Origin: Terriglobia bacterium
GTDB taxonomy: Bacteria > Acidobacteriota > Terriglobia > 20CM-2-55-15
Assembly (NCBI GenBank): GCA_965198225.1
Contig: CBDAOY010000009.1
Location: 480,001-544,000 of the forward strand
Direction: 5' to 3'
Length of the DNA stretch: 64,000 nt
The notes beneath the pieces were generated by a model that saw only the letters and a program-made list of their open reading frames with translations, did no database searches and was not told where the DNA came from. Made by a program: the position numbers and the translations under genes. This document shows positions 20,302-29,765 of the stretch, one piece after another (the first letter of the stretch is position 1; each line of letters opens with the position of its first letter).

Positions 20302-21563
20302 AGATTCTCGTCGTCGGGTCGGGCGGCCGGGAACACGCCCTCGTCGATGCCCTGTCGCGCAGCCGTAAGACCTCGAAGATCTGCGTCGCGCCTGGCAACG
20401 GGGGCATTCGTGGGCAGGCCGAGATCGTCTCGATATCCCCAGCCGACATCGAGGCGTTATCCGATTATGCCGAGAACAACGGCATCGAGCTCACCGTCGT
20501 GGGCCCCGAAATCCCTCTCAGCCTGGGGATCGTCGATCGATTCCGAGCAAGGCAGCTTCCCATCATCGGTCCGACGGCCGCGCTGGCACGGCTGGAGTCC
20601 AGCAAGAGCTATACGAAGCATCTGTGCTCCGAGAACGGGATCCCGACCGCAGCATACACGGAATGTGCCTCCGCCGAAGAGGCCTACGCGGTGCTGGAAG
20701 CGGGCAGCTATCCCATCGTCGTGAAGGCGGATGGTCTCGCCGCGGGCAAAGGGGTAGTCGTGGCGTCGGATCGAGACGAGGCCCGCCGGGCAATACACGA
20801 TCTCATGGAAACGGGCGCCCTCGGTGCGGCCGGTTCCCGAGTCGTTATCGAGGAGTTCATGTCCGGCGAAGAGGTTTCCTTTCATGTCTTCGTCGACGGG
20901 ACCGATTTCAAACCCATGATTGCTTCGCAGGACCATAAGCCCCGTTTTGCGGGAGACCAGGGTCCCAATACAGGTGGTATGGGGGCCTATTCGATGGACT
21001 CACTGCTGAGCCGGCAGGAGCGTCAGGATGTCGTGGAGCGGATGATTCGTCCCACATTGCGAGCGGCCGGCAGTTACTTCGGTATTCTCTACGCCGGGCT
21101 GATGCTGACGGACGAAGGGCCGAAGCTGGTGGAATACAACGTACGATTCGGGGATCCGGAAACCCAGGTCATGCTGCCACGACTCCGGACAGACCTGGTG
21201 GACGTGTTCCAGGCGATGTTGGATCATCGCCTGAGCGACATCGATCTCGAGTGGGAGGACGGCGCAGCGGCTACCGTCGTTCTGGTGGCGGATTCCTACC
21301 CCGGCAAGGTCGAATCCGGAAAAGAGATTTCCGGCCTGGAGGAAGCGTGCCGGGTCTCCGACGTCACCGTCTACCACGCGGGAACGCGATGGGAGGACGG
21401 TCGGGTCTACACGGCCGGCGGCCGCATCCTGAACGTGACCGCGATCGGAGCCACCTTGTCGGAAGCCCTTGAAAAGGCTTATTTTGTCGCAGAAATGATA
21501 GACTTTGAAGGCAAGGACTATCGCCGGGACATCGGACAGAAAGGACTCAGGAAAGCCATATGA
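20298..21563 (+). CDS. purD: phosphoribosylamine-glycine ligase
   Basis: [36 protein letters not shown]. Confidence 0.97.
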   Translation: MKILVVGSGGREHALVDALSRSRKTSKICVAPGNGGIRGQAEIVSISPADIEALSDYAENNGIELTVVGPEIPLSLGIVDRFRARQLPIIGPTAALARLESSKSYTKHLCSENGIPTAAYTECASAEEAYAVLEAGSYPIVVKADGLAAGKGVVVASDRDEARRAIHDLMETGALGAAGSRVVIEEFMSGEEVSFHVFVDGTDFKPMIASQDHKPRFAGDQGPNTGGMGAYSMDSLLSRQERQDVVERMIRPTLRAAGSYFGILYAGLMLTDEGPKLVEYNVRFGDPETQVMLPRLRTDLVDVFQAMLDHRLSDIDLEWEDGAAATVVLVADSYPGKVESGKEISGLEEACRVSDVTVYHAGTRWEDGRVYTAGGRILNVTAIGATLSEALEKAYFVAEMIDFEGKDYRRDIGQKGLRKAI

Positions 21564-22066
21564 AGCCATCGGTAGGAGTCATCATGGGAAGCGATTCAGA
21601 CCTTCCGGTCATGCGCGAAGCAGTGAAGGTTCTGGAGCAATTCGGAGTTGGCTGCGAGGTCGAAGTATCCAGCGCCCACCGATCTCCTGCCCGTACCGGA
21701 GAGTTCGCGCGGTCGGCGCGAGAGCGAGGGCTGAAGGTGATCATCGCCGGGGCCGGGTCGGCGGCCCACCTGGCCGGGGTCATCGCCGCGGAGACCACCT
21801 TGCCGGTCATCGGGGTCCCGATCGACAGTTCCCCCCTCAAGGGATTCGATGCCCTGCTATCGACCGTCCAGATGCCGCCGGGAGTTCCGGTCGCCACGAT
21901 GGCCGTCGGCAAGGCGGGCGCCACCAACGCGGCGCTGTTTGCCGTACAGATCCTGGCAACCGCCGATGAGGCGCTGGCCGCCGGCATGGCGGAGCACAAG
22001 AAGAAGCTGGCTGAGGGCGTCGCCGAAAAGAACCGGCGGGCCCAGGAACGGCTGCAATCAGGCTGA
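21560..22066 (+). CDS. purE: N5-CAIR mutase
   Basis: [31 protein letters not shown]. Confidence 0.97.
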   Translation: MKPSVGVIMGSDSDLPVMREAVKVLEQFGVGCEVEVSSAHRSPARTGEFARSARERGLKVIIAGAGSAAHLAGVIAAETTLPVIGVPIDSSPLKGFDALLSTVQMPPGVPVATMAVGKAGATNAALFAVQILATADEALAAGMAEHKKKLAEGVAEKNRRAQERLQSG

Positions 22067-23394
22067 TGAAGAAGTTTCACGTCGCCAATTTCGGCTGCCG
22101 CGCCGCTCAATCGGAAGGGGCCGCCGTTCACGAGCAGCTGAGAGCTGGGGCGATGTCTCCCACCAAGACCGCTTTCGGGGCGGACGTCCTGATCGTCAAT
22201 TCGTGTACTGTTACCGAGGAAGCCGACCGTGACGTTCGACGGTTGATCCGCCGTGTCGCTCGCCGCAGTCCCGAAACCCGCATCATCGTTACGGGTTGCT
22301 ACGCTCAGCGCAGCCCGGAAGAACTCGCCACGATGCCGAACGTAAGTTACGTTGTCGGTAACTCCCACAAGTCGATGGTCGGTGAGCTTGCCATTGACGT
22401 TCTCGAAGATCCCTCCGGAGAGGGCCGCGCGAAAGTCTTCTGTAGCGATATCTTCCAGGAGAAGGAACTGGCGCGCTCGCCGCACCAGGGTTCGCGCGGC
22501 CGCACCCGCGCGACCGTGAAGGTACAGGACGGTTGTGATTCGAACTGTTCTTTCTGCATCATACCGTCTGTTCGCGGCCGCAGCCGGAGCCTGTCCCCCG
22601 CAGCGCTGATATCACAGGTCCGCGAGCTCGTGGACCGTGGCTACCCTGAGGTGGTTCTGTCCGGGATTCACCTTGGTTCATACGGTCGGGACCTCGGTGG
22701 CGCGCCCTGCTTCGAGGAACTGGTCCGAAGCGTACTGAATGAGGTGCCCGGGCTCGAGCGATTGCGGTTGAGTTCCATCGAGCCCCTGGAAGTCACGCCT
22801 GGATTGATCGATCTGGTGGCCGCACACAGCCGGGTGGCCCGTCACCTCCATGTGCCGCTGCAAAGCGGGTCCGCCCGGATTCTTCGAGCGATGCGCCGAC
22901 CCTACAGCCCGGAGTACTATACCGATCTCGTGTGCCGGATTCGCGAACGTGCGCCCGACGCCGCGATCGGTGCCGACGTTATGGTTGGATTCCCAGGCGA
23001 GACTGACGACGATTTCATGGAAACCTACCGGCTGATCGACGCGTCGCCGCTGACCTATCTGCATGTTTTCCCCTATTCATCGCGTCCCGGAACGGTCGCG
23101 TCGGAGATGCCGAACCCTGTCCCGGACCATGTGTCCCGGTACAGAGGCCGACTTCTCCGCAACTTGAGTGGCCGCAAGAACGAGCGGTTCCGAGAGAGGT
23201 TCATCGGTCGCGAACTGGCAGTGCTGATCCTGGATGAGGAAGCCGCCGGCGGCTGGCGCGCCGGCATGACCGACAACTTCATCAAGATTCGAGTTCCCGA
23301 GGCACTGGCGCCGAACCGATGGCACTCTCTCCCAGTGGCGGCGCTTGATGGAGCGGGGCTTGCCGCCACAGGCTGCGAGACCAGGCTGGCTTAG
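22066..23394 (+). CDS. mtaB: tRNA t6A37 methylthiotransferase (radical SAM)
   Basis: FGC, NSCTVT, QDGCDSNCSFCIIP, HVFPYS.RPGT. Confidence 0.9.
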   Translation: MKKFHVANFGCRAAQSEGAAVHEQLRAGAMSPTKTAFGADVLIVNSCTVTEEADRDVRRLIRRVARRSPETRIIVTGCYAQRSPEELATMPNVSYVVGNSHKSMVGELAIDVLEDPSGEGRAKVFCSDIFQEKELARSPHQGSRGRTRATVKVQDGCDSNCSFCIIPSVRGRSRSLSPAALISQVRELVDRGYPEVVLSGIHLGSYGRDLGGAPCFEELVRSVLNEVPGLERLRLSSIEPLEVTPGLIDLVAAHSRVARHLHVPLQSGSARILRAMRRPYSPEYYTDLVCRIRERAPDAAIGADVMVGFPGETDDDFMETYRLIDASPLTYLHVFPYSSRPGTVASEMPNPVPDHVSRYRGRLLRNLSGRKNERFRERFIGRELAVLILDEEAAGGWRAGMTDNFIKIRVPEALAPNRWHSLPVAALDGAGLAATGCETRLA

Positions 23395-23524
23395 CGATAT
23401 TGCCGAGAAACCATTGAATTCCTGGGTAGGCGATCCGCCTTAGCTTCCGGTAGTCCGCTCAATCGGAATGGGACTGTTGTCCGTTACCGGAATAGCTGAA
23501 GGCTGAACGCGGATCGGAAACGCT

Positions 23525-23902
23525 CTAGGTTTCCAGGATGACGACTGCGGCAGAAACCGTATGATCGTGTGTCAGCGACACGAAAAACCGGCCCGCGCCC
23601 AGCGCCGTGGCCCGGTTCAGCGCTTCGCCGTGAAGGTGGAGTTCAGGCTGACCTGAAGGGAGTCGATGCACGTCGACATCCTTCCATCGAACGCCGGCGG
23701 CCCAGCCCGTACCGAGCGCCTTGAACGCCGCCTCTTTTGCCGCCCAGCGGGCCGCATAGTGAATTTCGGGGCGGGCGCATCCTTTGCAGTATGCGGTCTC
23801 ACCTTCGGTGAAGATTCGATTCAGGAACCGGTCCCCGAACCGCTCGAGCGACTTTGCGATCCGCTCGTTCAGAATGACGTCGATGCCGATGCCTATGATC
23901 AT
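23525..23902 (-). CDS. acpS: holo-ACP synthase
   Basis: IIGIGID, AARWAAKEA..KALGTG, VSLTH. Confidence 0.95.
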   Translation of the reverse strand: MIIGIGIDVILNERIAKSLERFGDRFLNRIFTEGETAYCKGCARPEIHYAARWAAKEAAFKALGTGWAAGVRWKDVDVHRLPSGQPELHLHGEALNRATALGAGRFFVSLTHDHTVSAAVVILET

Positions 23903-24147
23903 AGTAGTCAGTAATCAGTGGAGAGAAGACGTAGTCCGTTGTCCGTAGGCCGTTGCGCGGTTCGGTTCAGCGTCTCATCGATCGGCTCGCTACTCGTCAG
24001 TGCTTGTCGACGCGGCTGGCAGAGTTTCGAGCCATAGTGCTCGTCGAGCGTTCCGACAACGGATAACGGCCTACGGCCAACGGGGACGGGCAAGAGGCAA
24101 GAGCGGGTTCATTCCCACTGGTCACTTGTCACCAAAGCCGAGGGCTC

Positions 24148-24904
24148 ATGTTACAGGTACAGCGTAACTCGCAGGTGACTTTTCTGACGGCCCCTCAGCT
24201 GACCGGAATCCCCAGGATCGTCCATGCGTTCTCGACGCGTCGGGGAGAAAACGACGATGTTGCCATGGGACCGGATCGGCCTGATACGCAGGAGAACCGG
24301 GGAACGGTTCATGGCCGCGATCGGAGTTCCCGGATGGCCGTCTTTCAGGCCGAAGCAAGTCCACTCCAACATCGTTCACGCGGTCAATGACAACGCGTTG
24401 GTGAACGAGAGGCCCGAGGGAGACGCGGCCTTCACGTCGCTGCAGGGAATGGCGCTCGGTGTGGCAACGGCCGACTGCGCGCCGATTCTGATCGCCGATT
24501 CAGGTTCCCGCGCGGTTGCGGCTGTCCATGCCGGTTGGCGTGGCACCTCCGAGGGTGTTGCGCGTCGCACCATCGATCGCATGGTCGAGGAATCGGGACT
24601 CGATCCGGGCGACGTCTGGGCCGTCGTGGGTCCGCATATCGGAGTCTGCTGTATGGAAGTCGGCGAGGAAGTCTACGAGTGGTTTGGGCACCCGGCCGTG
24701 TTCGAGAGGCGAAAGGAGTGGCCGAAGCCCCACCTGAACCTGGCCGAAGCCAATCGGCTTCAGCTAATCGAAGCGGGCGTTGACCCCGACCGGGTGATCG
24801 TTTCCTCATTGTGCACGAAGTGTCGGGCCGACCTCTTCCATTCTTACCGCAGGGATGGAGACCGCGCGGGCCGGATGTTCTCCCTCATCGGGATCGAGCC
24901 CTGA
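24148..24904 (+). pseudogene. pgeF: PgeF/YfiH laccase-domain protein split by a +1 frameshift at GGGG 24299-24302 (or sequencing error)
   Basis: HAFSTRRG in the frame starting at 24148; QVHS, TADC.PI, HAGWRG, SYRR in the next frame; deleting one G joins them as QENRERFM. Confidence 0.8.
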
Positions 24905-25591
24905 ATGGATCGCGCGCGCGGCAGGGATCGGTGGGAATCCGCCCGCATCCGGATGGTCGACGAGCAGATTCGCGGCCGGGGGGTTCGGGACGAGCGCGTG
25001 CTCGACGCGATGCGCCGGGTACCGAGACATGAGTTCGTCCCGCCGTCTTCACTTACTCGTGCCTACGAGGACACTCCCTTGCAGATCGGGGAGGGCCAGA
25101 CCATTTCCCAGCCCTACATCGTCGGCCTGATGACCGAGATGCTCCGGGTCGGGGCCGACGACCGCGTCCTCGAAGTCGGAACAGGATCCGGCTACCAGAC
25201 GGCCGTGCTCGCAGAGCTCGCGCGGACGACGTTCACGGTGGAGATTCGTGAAGAGCTGGCTCGAAGGGCCCGCCTGAACCTCGAAAAACTCGGCTTCACG
25301 AACATTGATTTCAGGATCGGCGACGGCTACGCCGGATGGCCGGAGGCCGCATCGTTCGACTGTATCGTGGTCACGGCCGGAGCCGAGGGGATTCCACCGA
25401 AGCTCGTCGCTCAACTCCGGCCCGGTGGTCGCATGGTGATACCGGTGGGCGACACCTTACGCGGCCAGATCCTCCAACTTGTCACGAAGCAGAGCGATGA
25501 AGCGATAGACACCAAAGACACGGTTCCGGTACGATTTGTACCGATGATTTCAAGTACAGGAGGAGGCATGGGGGAATCGACCGACTTCTAG
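24905..25591 (+). CDS. pcm: protein-L-isoaspartate O-methyltransferase
   Basis: GQTISQPY, VLEVGTGSGYQTA, GGRMVIPVG, VRFVP. Confidence 0.95.
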   Translation: MDRARGRDRWESARIRMVDEQIRGRGVRDERVLDAMRRVPRHEFVPPSSLTRAYEDTPLQIGEGQTISQPYIVGLMTEMLRVGADDRVLEVGTGSGYQTAVLAELARTTFTVEIREELARRARLNLEKLGFTNIDFRIGDGYAGWPEAASFDCIVVTAGAEGIPPKLVAQLRPGGRMVIPVGDTLRGQILQLVTKQSDEAIDTKDTVPVRFVPMISSTGGGMGESTDF

Positions 25592-25767
25592 CCCGGATTA
25601 TTCATGGATTGTCTACTGCAGCGGCGGATACACTCGCAGATACGGCGTTGCGCTCCGTCGGCCTCCTCGACGTATTGTCATATACGCCTCCGGGGGCCTC
25701 GGTCGCGCGCCTTGTCTCTGCGGCGTCTCCACCGCTTCGCGACGAGAACCATGAATAATCCGGGCTA
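25589..25767. mobile_element. MITE-like element with perfect 19-bp terminal inverted repeats
   Basis: TAGCCCGGATTATTCATGG / CCATGAATAATCCGGGCTA; near-identical copy at 38982-39163. Confidence 0.75.
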
Positions 25768-25796
25768 ATGACGGTTCCTTCGACCGCCGAATAGTC

Positions 25797-26309
25797 ATGA
25801 AGATCTTACGAATCACGATGGTGCTCGTCCTCACCCTGGCTGGGTTGCTGCCCGCGGCTGCCCAGGAACGCGAGGCGCCGGGCATCACTGGAATGGCCGT
25901 CCAAGGTACGTCGGTCAACCTGGAGTATTTCAAGGGTGAGAAGAACGTTCTTGTCATCTTCTACCGGATGCACACCTGACCGTTCTGCCAGGAACAGCTC
26001 GGTGAGCTGCAAGCGAACTACGACAAAATCAAAGAACTCGACGCGGAGTTGATCGCGCTCAGCGCAGACCCGCAGGAGACCGCCCGGCAGACCGTTCGGG
26101 AACTCAACCTGACGTACCCCGTGCTGTCGGATTCTTACCGAAACCATATCCGCGCGTACGATGTCCTCCATCCGCAGGAAGGGATCGCGCGTCCTTCCGT
26201 ATTCATCGTCGACAGGGAAGGCAAAATCCGATGGCAGTTCATCGGAATGAGTGCGGGAGAACGGCCGGCGATGATGACGATTCTGGGTCAGCTCCAGGCA
26301 TTGCGCTAA
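25797..26309 (+). CDS. exported AhpC/TSA peroxiredoxin-like selenoprotein (UxxC, Sec at TGA 25977-25979)
   Basis: In-frame continuation FYRMHT-U-PFCQEQL...IALSAD...VLSD...ARPSVFIVDREGKIRW; hairpin after UGA. Confidence 0.85.
25982..26018 (+). promoter_or_regulatory. putative bacterial SECIS element
   Basis: CAGCTC-ggt-GAGCTG stem-loop (25995-26009) starting 16 nt after UGA; lower GTTC/GAAC pairing. Confidence 0.65.
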
Positions 26310-26324
26310 ACGTGTTTCGGGGTT

Positions 26325-26360
26325 AAAAAAAGGCGGCAGGCCACGAGCCTACCGCCTTTT
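26325..26360. terminator. bidirectional intrinsic terminator between the selenoprotein gene and fliC
   Basis: A7-GGCGGCAGGC-cacga-GCCTACCGCC-T4. Confidence 0.75.
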
Positions 26361-26392
26361 CTCTAAGCGCGTCTTCGAGGACGCGATGTCTG

Positions 26393-27220
26393 TTAACGGA
26401 GTAACTGCAGAACCGACTGCGATGACTGGTTCGCCTGGGCCAGCGCGGAGAGTCCGCTCTGGGTCAGGATGTTGAACTTCGTCAACTGTGCCGCTTCTTC
26501 CGCGATGTTGGCGTCGCGGATTCGGGATTCCGAAGCCTTCACGCTGACCGCCATAGTCTGAGCCTGCGAGATGGCAAAACTCAACCGGTTCATGGCCGCA
26601 CCGACTCGACCCTGGACTGTGCCGAGGGTACCGATGGCGGTCTGAATGCTTGTGATGGCGGTGTTGGCGTTCGCCTGGCTCGTGATGTTCTGGGTGCTGA
26701 TACCGAGACCCTGCGTGTCGACAGCTGTGGTCAGGGCGAACGAGACGTACGTAACGCTCGCGGTCGTCGCCGTCTGCGTGTTACCGACGAAAACGGAGCG
26801 GGCGTTCAGGTTAGCGTTGCTCGTTTCCAGTCCACCAGCCGTCGCGTTTCGGGTGATTTCCGAAAGCACCGACTGGAACTCCGCGTCCAGAGTCGTCCGG
26901 GAACCGGTGAAGGTGTCCGAAGCCGACTGGCTGGCCAGAGTCAAGGCACGGTCGAGCAAAGAAGAAATGTTATTCAGCGCGCCGTCTTCGATCTGCAGCT
27001 TGCTGATGGCGTCATTCGCACTGCGGATACCGATGCTCAGACCGGTGTTATCCAGTCTGTGTCGGTTCGCAACCGCCTGACCGGCAGCGTCATCGGCCGC
27101 GCTATTGATGCGCAGTCCGGACGTCAACCGGGCCAGGGTCCTCTGGAGACCGCCTTGGGTCTGGTCGAGGGTGGCCTGTGCGTTGATAGACGAAAGGTTG
27201 GTGACTACAGAAAAGCTCAT
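26393..27220 (-). CDS. fliC: flagellin (short, 275 aa)
   Basis: RLTSGLRINSAADDAAG and ESRIRDANIAEE...AQANQ..QSVLQLL; ATG after GGAGGA. Confidence 0.95.
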   Translation of the reverse strand: MSFSVVTNLSSINAQATLDQTQGGLQRTLARLTSGLRINSAADDAAGQAVANRHRLDNTGLSIGIRSANDAISKLQIEDGALNNISSLLDRALTLASQSASDTFTGSRTTLDAEFQSVLSEITRNATAGGLETSNANLNARSVFVGNTQTATTASVTYVSFALTTAVDTQGLGISTQNITSQANANTAITSIQTAIGTLGTVQGRVGAAMNRLSFAISQAQTMAVSVKASESRIRDANIAEEAAQLTKFNILTQSGLSALAQANQSSQSVLQLLR

Positions 27221-27314
27221 AAGGATCCTCCCTGAAAGAGTTAAATTGATCCTCCTTGATCTTGAGCACGGGTATCCGAGCCCGTCCAAACATCCGTGTT
27301 TAGTTGTACCCTCT

Positions 27315-27342
27315 GTATCGGCCCTCAGGATTGGGATGTTTA
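27315..27342 (-). promoter_or_regulatory. sigma28 (FliA) promoter of flagellin
   Basis: TAAA-N16-GCCGATAC on minus strand. Confidence 0.8.
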
Positions 27343-27532
27343 GCCCGAAAGTCAAAAAACTGACACTTCGGGTTAACCATCCATTTTTCAGTCTCTTTGG
27401 CGGAATCCATATTCCGACAGATCCCCCGACGGTGCGGTTCGTGTCAGCGCCTCGACGCCGTCTGCGACAGCCGGGAAGACTCTCGGGCCCGTGTTACCAT
27501 TCCAGTGAGAGCGGTAGGGGGGCGAGGTTCGA

Positions 27533-27943
27533 TTGGGCGGACGAAATCCATACTTTGATGAGCTTGCCTCGGTGCAGTCAGCCACCGAGAAGTTCACCGT
27601 CACATTCCTTCCGATGAACGTCACCGTGGAGGTCGACCCCGACAAACTCCCCCTGGGCGACACCGGCCTGCCCGGCAGCATTCTGGACGTTGCGCTGGCC
27701 AACGGCATCGAGATCGATCACGCCTGCGGCGGGGTCTGCGCCTGCTCGACCTGTCACTGCGTGGTTCAGGAAGGTGGAGACACGCTCTCCGAGATGAGCG
27801 ACGCCGAAGAAGACCAGCTCTACAACGCGCCGGGTCTCACCCCCGACAGCCGCCTCAGCTGCCAGGCCGTCGCAGACGGGTCCGCGGATATCGTTGTTTA
27901 CATACCGGATTGGAACCGTAACGCGGTACGGGAAAGTCACTGA
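27533..27943 (+). CDS. 2Fe-2S ferredoxin (ISC/adrenodoxin type)
   Basis: HACGGVCACSTCH, SRLSCQ. Confidence 0.92.
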   Translation: MGGRNPYFDELASVQSATEKFTVTFLPMNVTVEVDPDKLPLGDTGLPGSILDVALANGIEIDHACGGVCACSTCHCVVQEGGDTLSEMSDAEEDQLYNAPGLTPDSRLSCQAVADGSADIVVYIPDWNRNAVRESH

Positions 27944-28075
27944 AGAAGTAGTCAGCGGCCAGTAGTCAGTAGCCACTCGCGACCCCCTCTTTCCGCTCCT
28001 TCTTGAACTGAATACTGACTACTGACAACTGACTACTATTTTCCCCTTGACCCTTTCGGGCACTGGCATAAAAAT

Positions 28076-29083
28076 ATGGCAACCATGACAAACCAATACC
28101 GCTGGATCTTGGTCGGTGCTTTGGTGTGCCTTCTCGGGGCCGGTGTTTTCGCAACGGGCCAGAGCCTGCCCGTTTCACAGCAAAGCACGTCGGATGGGAA
28201 TCCGCAGCGGGTGCCCGATCAGTTTCGTCTCTCGGTTGAGGTCGAGCTGGTCAACGTGACCGCGACGGTGCTGGATCAGGAAGGCAAGTACGTCGGGGGT
28301 CTGACCGAGACCGATTTCACGATTTTTGAAGACGGGGTGGAACAGGAAATCTCATTCTTCTCGCACGATCTCAGAGTACCCATCAGTATGGGGATTCTAG
28401 TCGACACGAGCGGCAGCATGCGTCACAAACTCCAGCAATCGTTGCAGACCGCGCGAGAGCTGGCGCAAGCGCTGTCTGACGACGACGAAGTGTTCATCAT
28501 CGGCTTTGACAACAACGTCAAGGTGCTTCAGAACTTCACTCGCAATGGGCCGCACATTCAGCAAACGTTGAGGGGCATCCGCTCCCGCGGTGAGACCGCC
28601 GCGTTCGATGCGATCGGTCTGGGCCTGGAAATGATGGAGGCCGCGAAGCACGACAAGAAGATCCTGTTGATGATCACTGATGGTTTCGATACCAAGAGCA
28701 AGCTCAAAGCGGACGATATCGACGAGATGCTCAAACGTGCCGAGGTCCTCGTGTACGCGATCGGAATCGATGACGACGACGACGACCCGGAAGTGCGCCG
28801 ACGCACCCGGTACCACATCTACCACTACATGTTGGCGCGGTTGACGGGTGTCACAGGTGGCCGGGCGTTTCGCCTGTTCACCGGACGTCGTTACGCACTG
28901 CGGAGTCTCGCGGAAGTGCTGCTGGAGGAGTTACACCAGCAGTACACGCTCAGTTACTATCCGTCGAGCGGTCCCGTCGACACGAGTTGGCGGGAGATCG
29001 AGGTGGAACTGGAGCATCCGGGGGCGACGATTCGCCACAGGGGTGGATACTACGTCGGCACAATGCTAGCGTCGCCGCAATAG
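28076..29083 (+). CDS. exported VWA domain protein (VWFA-related, Acidobacterial type)
   Basis: VELVNVTATV, DTSGSM MIDAS motif, ITDG, TGGRAF, QYTLSYYP. Confidence 0.85.
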   Translation: MATMTNQYRWILVGALVCLLGAGVFATGQSLPVSQQSTSDGNPQRVPDQFRLSVEVELVNVTATVLDQEGKYVGGLTETDFTIFEDGVEQEISFFSHDLRVPISMGILVDTSGSMRHKLQQSLQTARELAQALSDDDEVFIIGFDNNVKVLQNFTRNGPHIQQTLRGIRSRGETAAFDAIGLGLEMMEAAKHDKKILLMITDGFDTKSKLKADDIDEMLKRAEVLVYAIGIDDDDDDPEVRRRTRYHIYHYMLARLTGVTGGRAFRLFTGRRYALRSLAEVLLEELHQQYTLSYYPSSGPVDTSWREIEVELEHPGATIRHRGGYYVGTMLASPQ

Positions 29084-29142
29084 CTTTCCCTTTCCTTTTA
29101 GACCTGTCCTCAGGGCGCTGGCCCGGCCAGCCGCTTTCGGGT

Positions 29143-29765
29143 GTAGGTGCGCTCTATGAGCGCACATCCGTTGGTGTCCAAAACAGCGGCAGGGAACCCC
29201 TCTCTGGTACGGGATAGGCCCGTTAGAATCATTTAGGCGCAGCTCCAAGTCCACGAAGAGGTCTCCGTGCCGGAGACAGGCGAAACTCTAGGATCGGGTG
29301 TAGGGGCGCTCTATGAGCGCACGTGTTTCGGTTCGAAGAATGTGCGGTCATAGACCGCACATTCACCTATCGCAAATTGCGATATTTGAAAGAATCCACA
29401 TTGCAGGTTGCTCATTGGAGATTGTTTCATGTCAGATTTCCGGCCAATAAGAAATCGAGCAATTTGCAATCTCCAGATTTCCAATGCGGAATCGTCCAAT
29501 GACCAATCTGCAATAGCTGTCAGACGAGATCCCAGCCACCTCCCTTGATCGAGTAGAGTGTGCGGTCATAGACCGCACCTCCTTTTGGATGCGGGGGCTG
29601 GCTAGATTTCCGGCCTCGAGCAACCTCCAAATTTCCAATGCGGAATCGTCCAATGACCAATCTGCAATAGCTGTCAGACGAGATCCCATCCACCTCCCTT
29701 GATCGAGTAGAGTGTGCGGTCATAGACCGCACCTACACCTCCTTTTGGATGCGGGGGCTGGCTAG
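29143..29765. repeat. cluster of GTAG-type REP palindromes including a diverged 154-bp tandem duplication
   Basis: GTAGG(T/G)GCGCTCTATGAGCGCAC at 29143 and 29300; GTGCGGTCATAGACCGCAC at 29342, 29560, 29714. Confidence 0.75.

Noticed and set aside
29143-29765. Possible CRISPR array
   Set aside because: Repeats vary in orientation and spacing, spacers are duplicated rather than unique, and no cas genes are present; REP-like fits better.
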